Assembly: GCA_023390155.1 (NCBI GenBank)
Contig: JAEWDJ010000111.1
Span: forward strand, 1-62,549
Direction: 5' to 3'
Length of the DNA stretch: 62,549 nucleotides
Source of the DNA: Actinomycetes bacterium
GTDB taxonomy: Bacteria; Actinomycetota; Actinomycetes; Actinomycetales; Microbacteriaceae
Below, piece by piece: positions 58,236 to 62,549 of the stretch. How positions within the stretch are numbered: position 1 is the stretch's first letter; each line of letters opens with the position of its first letter. A program made the translations under genes and the position numbers. The notes beneath the pieces are model-generated. The model was not told where the DNA came from and made no database searches. It saw nothing but the letters and a program-made list of their open reading frames with translations.

Positions 58236-58507
58236 TCAGGCCATCAAGGAGTTGGCGGCGATGACCCAACCGGCTCCGGAGCGCTGTACGTCGATCTCGA
58301 TGTGGTCGGAGTCCTGATTCTCAGGAGCGACCTCAAGGCGCGATCCGGCCAGTCGCTCGATCGGGTGCGTGAGCGCGTCGTGCAAAACGACGGATCGGAC
58401 GGGAGTGGCAGTGACGACGCGGTAGCGGACGCCGCGCCAGCCGAGTCGAATGTGGTGCCGCCCTCGGTTCACATATGCACGGTGTCGGCGATGGCCGCGA
58501 AGCTCAT
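58236..58507 (-). pseudogene. Disrupted small protein (..RLGWRGVRYRV..), DUF6504-like
   Basis: AAGGAGG plus ATG at 58507, early TGA, continuation in another frame. Confidence 0.4.
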
Positions 58508-58554
58508 GATGGGTTCCTCCTTTTCACTTGCGGTGTCGTCCGCTGCGCCCAAAA

Positions 58555-58570
58555 TAGAACATATATTCGA
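58555..58570. promoter_or_regulatory. Putative LexA (SOS) box
   Basis: TAGAAC-ATAT-ATTCGA versus the actinobacterial consensus TCGAAC-N4-GTTCGA (2 mismatches), between divergent ORFs. Confidence 0.55.
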
Positions 58571-58866
58571 ATGTTGGAGGATCCCGAAGTGAGAGTGCTG
58601 CGCGCGGGAGAGAGGATCTGATTCGTCGTCGACGACCGGGCCACCCGCATCCTTTCCTGATCGAATACGTGCCAGTGGTCAATCAGCGCACACGCGAGAC
58701 GCTGATGAAGTACCGCGTCGATCACTGGACGTTGCGCCGAACCGACCGCTGGCCGCTGGGCTACTACGACGAACTTGCGCGGGCGATCGACGCGTGTGCG
58801 TTCAGCCTGGGCATGCCCAACTTCCTCACACCCGTGACAGGTTCAGACGGGTCCATCGTGACGTAG
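58571..58866 (+). pseudogene. Disrupted hypothetical gene
   Basis: MLEDPEVRVLRAGERI* then a shifted frame LIEYVPVVNQRTRETLMKYRVDHW. Confidence 0.4.
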
Positions 58867-59100
58867 GCCGAACAGAAGGCGCGGCGGCAGGCAGGGCTGG
58901 ATCCGCGAACTGGCCGGCAGATAACTGATGGCGCGATGGCGGCGGCCCGCTAGCGAAACTAGGTCGCGATCGGGAGGTGCGCGTCAGCCGATCTCCGGGC
59001 AAATACGACGGTCGGGGGCGTCGGAGACCGGCTGGACTGGTCACGTGCGCCGCGAGCCGGAGCGTGGAGCCGCCTCTGGCGGCGCTGCACCTGCTGCCTT

Positions 59101-59255
59101 GTTTGTCTTTCCGTCGGCCGATCGTAGCTCGTTCCCGGTTCTCCGTGCCGGGCTTTCGCGGCATATCCTCGCTCCGCTGCGCTCCGTTCCGGTATTCCAC
59201 GGTCCCGGCACTGCGCCCCTCCCACTCGCTCTCGATCTCTCCGCCGGAAGGCAAA
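59101..59255 (+). promoter_or_regulatory. Leader hairpin, copy upstream of small ORF 59287
   Basis: 150/155 nt identical to 43701-43855. Confidence 0.8.
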
Positions 59256-59286
59256 CAAAAACTGTCGACCAGGGGAGGGATTTGGG

Positions 59287-59580
59287 ATGCGGGTATTCAT
59301 CATCAACACGGCAAACATGGGTCCGGAACTGCGGGGCGGGCTCATCGGCGTGGTGGGCGCGGCCTCGCCGTCGCCGGAAGAGAAGAGGCAGTGCGTCGAA
59401 GCAATTAGCCGCTTTGTTGCCGAGGGATGGGCCATCGCGGCAGACCCTCGCAGTACCATCGGTCGGCTGGCAGCGATGACTGCGGAAGCTGGCTGTGTCC
59501 CATTCGTTTCACTCCGGGGTGTTGATCAGTCTGGCTCCGGAAGTCGGGTCGTGGCCCTTCCGAGTGCCGGGTTGACCTGA
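59287..59580 (+). CDS. Small hypothetical protein, paralog of 43885-44280
   Basis: GGGGAGGG upstream; shared NMGPELxGGLIGVVG..PSPEEK..GWAIAADP..CVPFV. Confidence 0.7.
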   Translation: MRVFIINTANMGPELRGGLIGVVGAASPSPEEKRQCVEAISRFVAEGWAIAADPRSTIGRLAAMTAEAGCVPFVSLRGVDQSGSGSRVVALPSAGLT

Positions 59581-59779
59581 ATTCCGGGACGGCGCGCAAG
59601 AGCTCAGGGGATCAGCGATCGGCCAGTCGATCGCTGATGCGCGGCTCCACCGTCGGCAAGGCGAAGGTGCCGTCCGCACCGAAGCCGTGCTTTTGCGCAG
59701 GGATACGGCTCGCTCCGCCAACGGCGGCGACGAAAATGAGACGTGCGCATGAGTGCCCCGGGCGGGGTCGCCGCCCCGA

Positions 59780-60349
59780 TCAGCCGCCGAGGGCGTTGAC
59801 GATGTCCTGTGCCTCCGTCCAGTACTGGGCGTAGTAGTTCGCGTCGGCGTTCACTTGAACGGCGTGGGCGAGGAGTGTCGGGGTCATCGTCTGCCAGCCG
59901 TCGATGGTGGTGAGCTTGGCGAAGAAGTTGGATGCGGCCGTGTAGGGGTCCATCCGGTCGGTGAGCGACCCCCAGGCTCCGTTGTCCCGCTGTTGGAACA
60001 GGCCGCGGCTGTCGGGGCCGGCCGTGTCGCCGTGGTCGAGGTTCTGCAGGCCGGACTCGCCGATCGCGGTCATGACTCCGACGGCCTGGGTGTGTGTTCC
60101 GATTCCCTGGTCGCGGGCGGCGTTCATGATGTGGGCGGCCATGACCAGCTCGGGTTGGCAGAACCCGTCCACGGGTCCGGCCGGTACCACGATCTGGCCG
60201 ACGGTGACCGGTGCGGCGCTCGGGCAGGACGGGCTCGCCGCCGCTGCTGCGGAGCCGTCGGATGCCTGCGAGGTCAGCAGCGTGATTCCCCACCATCCAC
60301 CGGCGCCGAGGGTGGCCACCACGATGATCGCGACGATGAGCTTCCGCAT
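59780..60349 (-). CDS. Secreted lysozyme-like protein, paralog of the N-terminal domain of 3650-4762
   Basis: TM/signal; AIGESGLQNLDHGD..GLFQQR..RMDP..AHAVQVNADANYY. Confidence 0.8.
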   Translation of the reverse strand: MRKLIVAIIVVATLGAGGWWGITLLTSQASDGSAAAAASPSCPSAAPVTVGQIVVPAGPVDGFCQPELVMAAHIMNAARDQGIGTHTQAVGVMTAIGESGLQNLDHGDTAGPDSRGLFQQRDNGAWGSLTDRMDPYTAASNFFAKLTTIDGWQTMTPTLLAHAVQVNADANYYAQYWTEAQDIVNALGG

Positions 60350-60607
60350 GGCTCCACCGTACGATCGGCGGCTGGGTGAGCGGCCGGGGGAACCTGAGCG
60401 GGGCTCGGGCGCCGGCTGAGGAGTGCCCGAGTTCATTCCCGCCTAGGTGAGAAGGATCGAGGTGAGCCGGCTGAGCGGCCCGCGCAGCGCTTCGACCTCG
60501 CGGGAAAGCACCGTTACCCGGTGCGGCGCTCGGCTGGGAGAAGTTGAGGCGACCGTCGCCGGATGCGCACTGGTCCGTGAGTTCGTATTCGGTTGCTCCG
60601 AGTGAAC

Positions 60608-61702
60608 TCACTGTGATGTCCGCGCCGCGCGATGGGAGGCGTCAGCGGTCACGAGGACCCAGACGAGGTAGGCGCCGCCGAGTGCTGCGGTGACCAGGCC
60701 GACCGGGATCTGGAACGGGGCGAGGAGGCGTTGCGCGCCGAGGTCGGCGGTGACGAGGAGGAGCGCTCCCATGCTCGCCGCGGCCAGGATCGACACTCCC
60801 GGGGTGCGGGCGATTCGCCGGGCCAGTTGCGGTGCGGCGAGGGCGAGGAATCCGATGGGTCCGGCGGTGGCGACGGCGATCGCCGCGAGTGCGACGCCGA
60901 GGGCGAGCGCGATGATCCTCGTCCGCTGCAGCGGCAGTCCGATCCCGGCCGCAGCGTCGTCGCCCAGCTCCAGCGCCCGCAGCGCGCGTCCGTGCGCCAG
61001 AGCGGCCGGGACGACGAGCGCGACGACGACGGCCACCGGCGCGATCGGACCCCAGGTAATGGCGTTGAGGCTGCCGTATTGCCACGCTTTCGCGGTCTCG
61101 GCCTGCTCGATCGGAGCGCGACTGAGGAGGTAGTCGTTGACCGCGGCGAGCATTGCGGCCACGGCGATGCCGTCGAGGACGAGTCGCTCTCCGGTCAGTC
61201 GTCGCCGCATGCTGAGCAGCACCACTGCGACGGCGGCGATGCCGCCGCCGACGAAGGTGCCGATCGAGACCGCCGCGGCGGTCGCCGTGCCGGCGAGCAG
61301 GATGACGGCGATGCCGCCGGTGGCGGCGCCGGTCGTGAATCCGATGACGTCCGGGCTGCCGAGCGGGTTGCGGGAGACGGACTGGAAGATCGCGCCGGAG
61401 GTCGCCAGTGCGGCGCCGACGAGGAGTGCCGCGATCACGCGGGGGAGGCGCTGGCCGACGACGATGAAGCGATCGAGCCCCGAGCCGCCGCCTCCGAGCA
61501 CGCCGAAGGCGTCGACGGGGGTGATGTCGTAGGTTCCGGTGACGACCGTTCCTGTCGCGATCAGGAGTGCCAGTGCGAGGAGGACCAGGGAGATAACGAG
61601 CGTGCGGCGATGCAGCAGGAGCGATCGGCCGCCGGGGAGTCGCATGCGGGCGTACCCGGTGGGACGGTAGTTGGTGCGCCTCCGAGTCGACGTGGCGGTC
61701 AT
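60608..61702 (-). CDS. FecCD-family iron-siderophore ABC permease
   Basis: RLPRV..SGAIFQSVSRNPLGSPDVIG..GPIGFLALAAPQLAR. Confidence 0.92.
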   Translation of the reverse strand: MTATSTRRRTNYRPTGYARMRLPGGRSLLLHRRTLVISLVLLALALLIATGTVVTGTYDITPVDAFGVLGGGGSGLDRFIVVGQRLPRVIAALLVGAALATSGAIFQSVSRNPLGSPDVIGFTTGAATGGIAVILLAGTATAAAVSIGTFVGGGIAAVAVVLLSMRRRLTGERLVLDGIAVAAMLAAVNDYLLSRAPIEQAETAKAWQYGSLNAITWGPIAPVAVVVALVVPAALAHGRALRALELGDDAAAGIGLPLQRTRIIALALGVALAAIAVATAGPIGFLALAAPQLARRIARTPGVSILAAASMGALLLVTADLGAQRLLAPFQIPVGLVTAALGGAYLVWVLVTADASHRAARTSQ

Positions 61703-61990
61703 CGGGCGGTCCTGCGGAGAACGAGGGCGATCAGCACGGGGGCGCCGACGAACGCGGTCACGATGCCGACCTCCAGCTCACCGGGTTGTGCGACGAGGCG
61801 CCCGATGATGTCGGAGCCCAGAACGAGGATCGGCCCGGCCAACACCGAGAACGTGAGAACAGTGCGCTGGTCGACGCCGACGAGCAGCCGGAGGGCGTGT
61901 GGGACCACCAGACCGACGAACGCGATCGGCCCTGCCGCCGCGGTCGCAGCACCGCAGAGCAGCGCGATCGAGGCGAACGCGAGCGCTCGC
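61699..61990 (-). pseudogene. C-terminal fragment of a second FecCD permease
   Basis: AAGPIAFVGLVVPHALR..SDIIGR..ELEVGIVTAFVGAP; N-terminus missing. Confidence 0.8.
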
Positions 61991-62519
61991 ACGGCCGGAA
62001 GGGGCGGACGCGATCTGGCTGGCGCAGCGCGGCTGGACGGTCCTCGGCGTCGATGTCTCCGGAGTCGCGGTCGGACGCGCACGCGCCAACGCTGAGCTAG
62101 CCGGTGTCGACGGCCGAGCGCGCTTCGCACGCTGCGACCTGGCGACCGACTTCCCCGTCGGCGCCTTCGCGCTCGTGAACGCCCAGTTCCTGCACTCGCC
62201 GATCGCCGCCCCGGGGGAGCGCGCCCGCATCCTCGCGCGCGCGGCGCAGGCGGTCGCGCCCGGCGGCGCCCTGCTCGTCGTCTCCCACCAGAGCATGCCG
62301 CCGTGGCACCCGGCCATGCCGGAAGGGCTGACGGATCGGCCGCTCGACCTCACGGTTCCGACGCCGGCCGAGAACCGGTCCGCGCTCGGTATCGACGAGG
62401 CCGAGTGGGAGACCGTGCTCGACGACGTCGTGGCGCTCGCCGTGACCTCCCCCTCCGGCGAACCCGGGCTCCGGGAGGATCACGTGCTCCAGCTGCGGCG
62501 TCGTGCCGCGCGGCTCTGA
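61991..62519 (+). pseudogene. N-terminally truncated SAM-dependent methyltransferase
   Basis: Begins at EGADAIWLAQRGWTVLGVDVS, i.e. in the middle of motif I. Confidence 0.75.
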
Positions 62520-62549
62520 TGGCCGACAACGACGCTCGGCCGACTGCCG

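Larger units (their letters stand above)
310..60400. mobile_element. Integrative conjugative element (tyrosine integrase, T4SS, MobF relaxase) with mosaic cargo; right boundary undefined
   Basis: tRNA-adjacent int/XRE/xis, T4SS operon, MobF, ardC, ssb and ParB-like genes. No repeat of the tRNA-Met 3' end was found, so the right end is approximate. Confidence 0.8.

Noticed and set aside
43701..59255. The 155-nt direct repeats as IS ends or att sites of a 15.4-kb transposon
   Set aside because: No transposase or target duplication; each copy leads a paralogous ORF and related copies occur elsewhere in both orientations.

Overview
High-GC actinobacterial DNA (Microbacteriaceae-like by protein style; inference). 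The window is mostly one large, mosaic integrative conjugative element (ICE) beside a tRNA-Thr(GGT)/tRNA-Met(CAT) pair. From left to right: (1) tyrosine integrase, XRE repressor and excisionase; (2) an actinobacterial T4SS operon (ECF-like sigma, wall hydrolase, pilin-like, VirB6-, SCO6880-, VirB4- and VirD4-like genes, HNH, ssb); (3) a defence-like island with a complete ubiquitin-like operon (2x beta-grasp Ubl, Cys-free E2, JAB-E1 fusion, DUF6527-like protein, ClpP-like Ser protease); (4) MobF relaxase and ardC; (5) an intact LacI regulon joining a ribose-type ABC transporter, ribokinase, PTE-like and GATase-like enzymes and a Ni transporter to a divergent urease-family cluster that lacks the flap cysteine; (6) decaying cargo (MFS, Lrp/EamA/LysE, a second broken integrase beside a tRNA 3' relic, AKR, epoxide hydrolase, IS3 relic, GH92); (7) ParB-like and small leading-region genes, then truncated iron-transport and methyltransferase genes. 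The strongest leads are the urease-like/sugar regulon, the ubiquitin-like operon, and a family of ~160-nt hairpins sitting upstream of ardC, parB and small unknown ORFs (candidate ssDNA promoters). A further lead is a YLVPVDPMxxLQCxSCQ motif that occurs twice. No attR and no CRISPR array were seen. All family calls come from motif recognition by eye; no searches were run.
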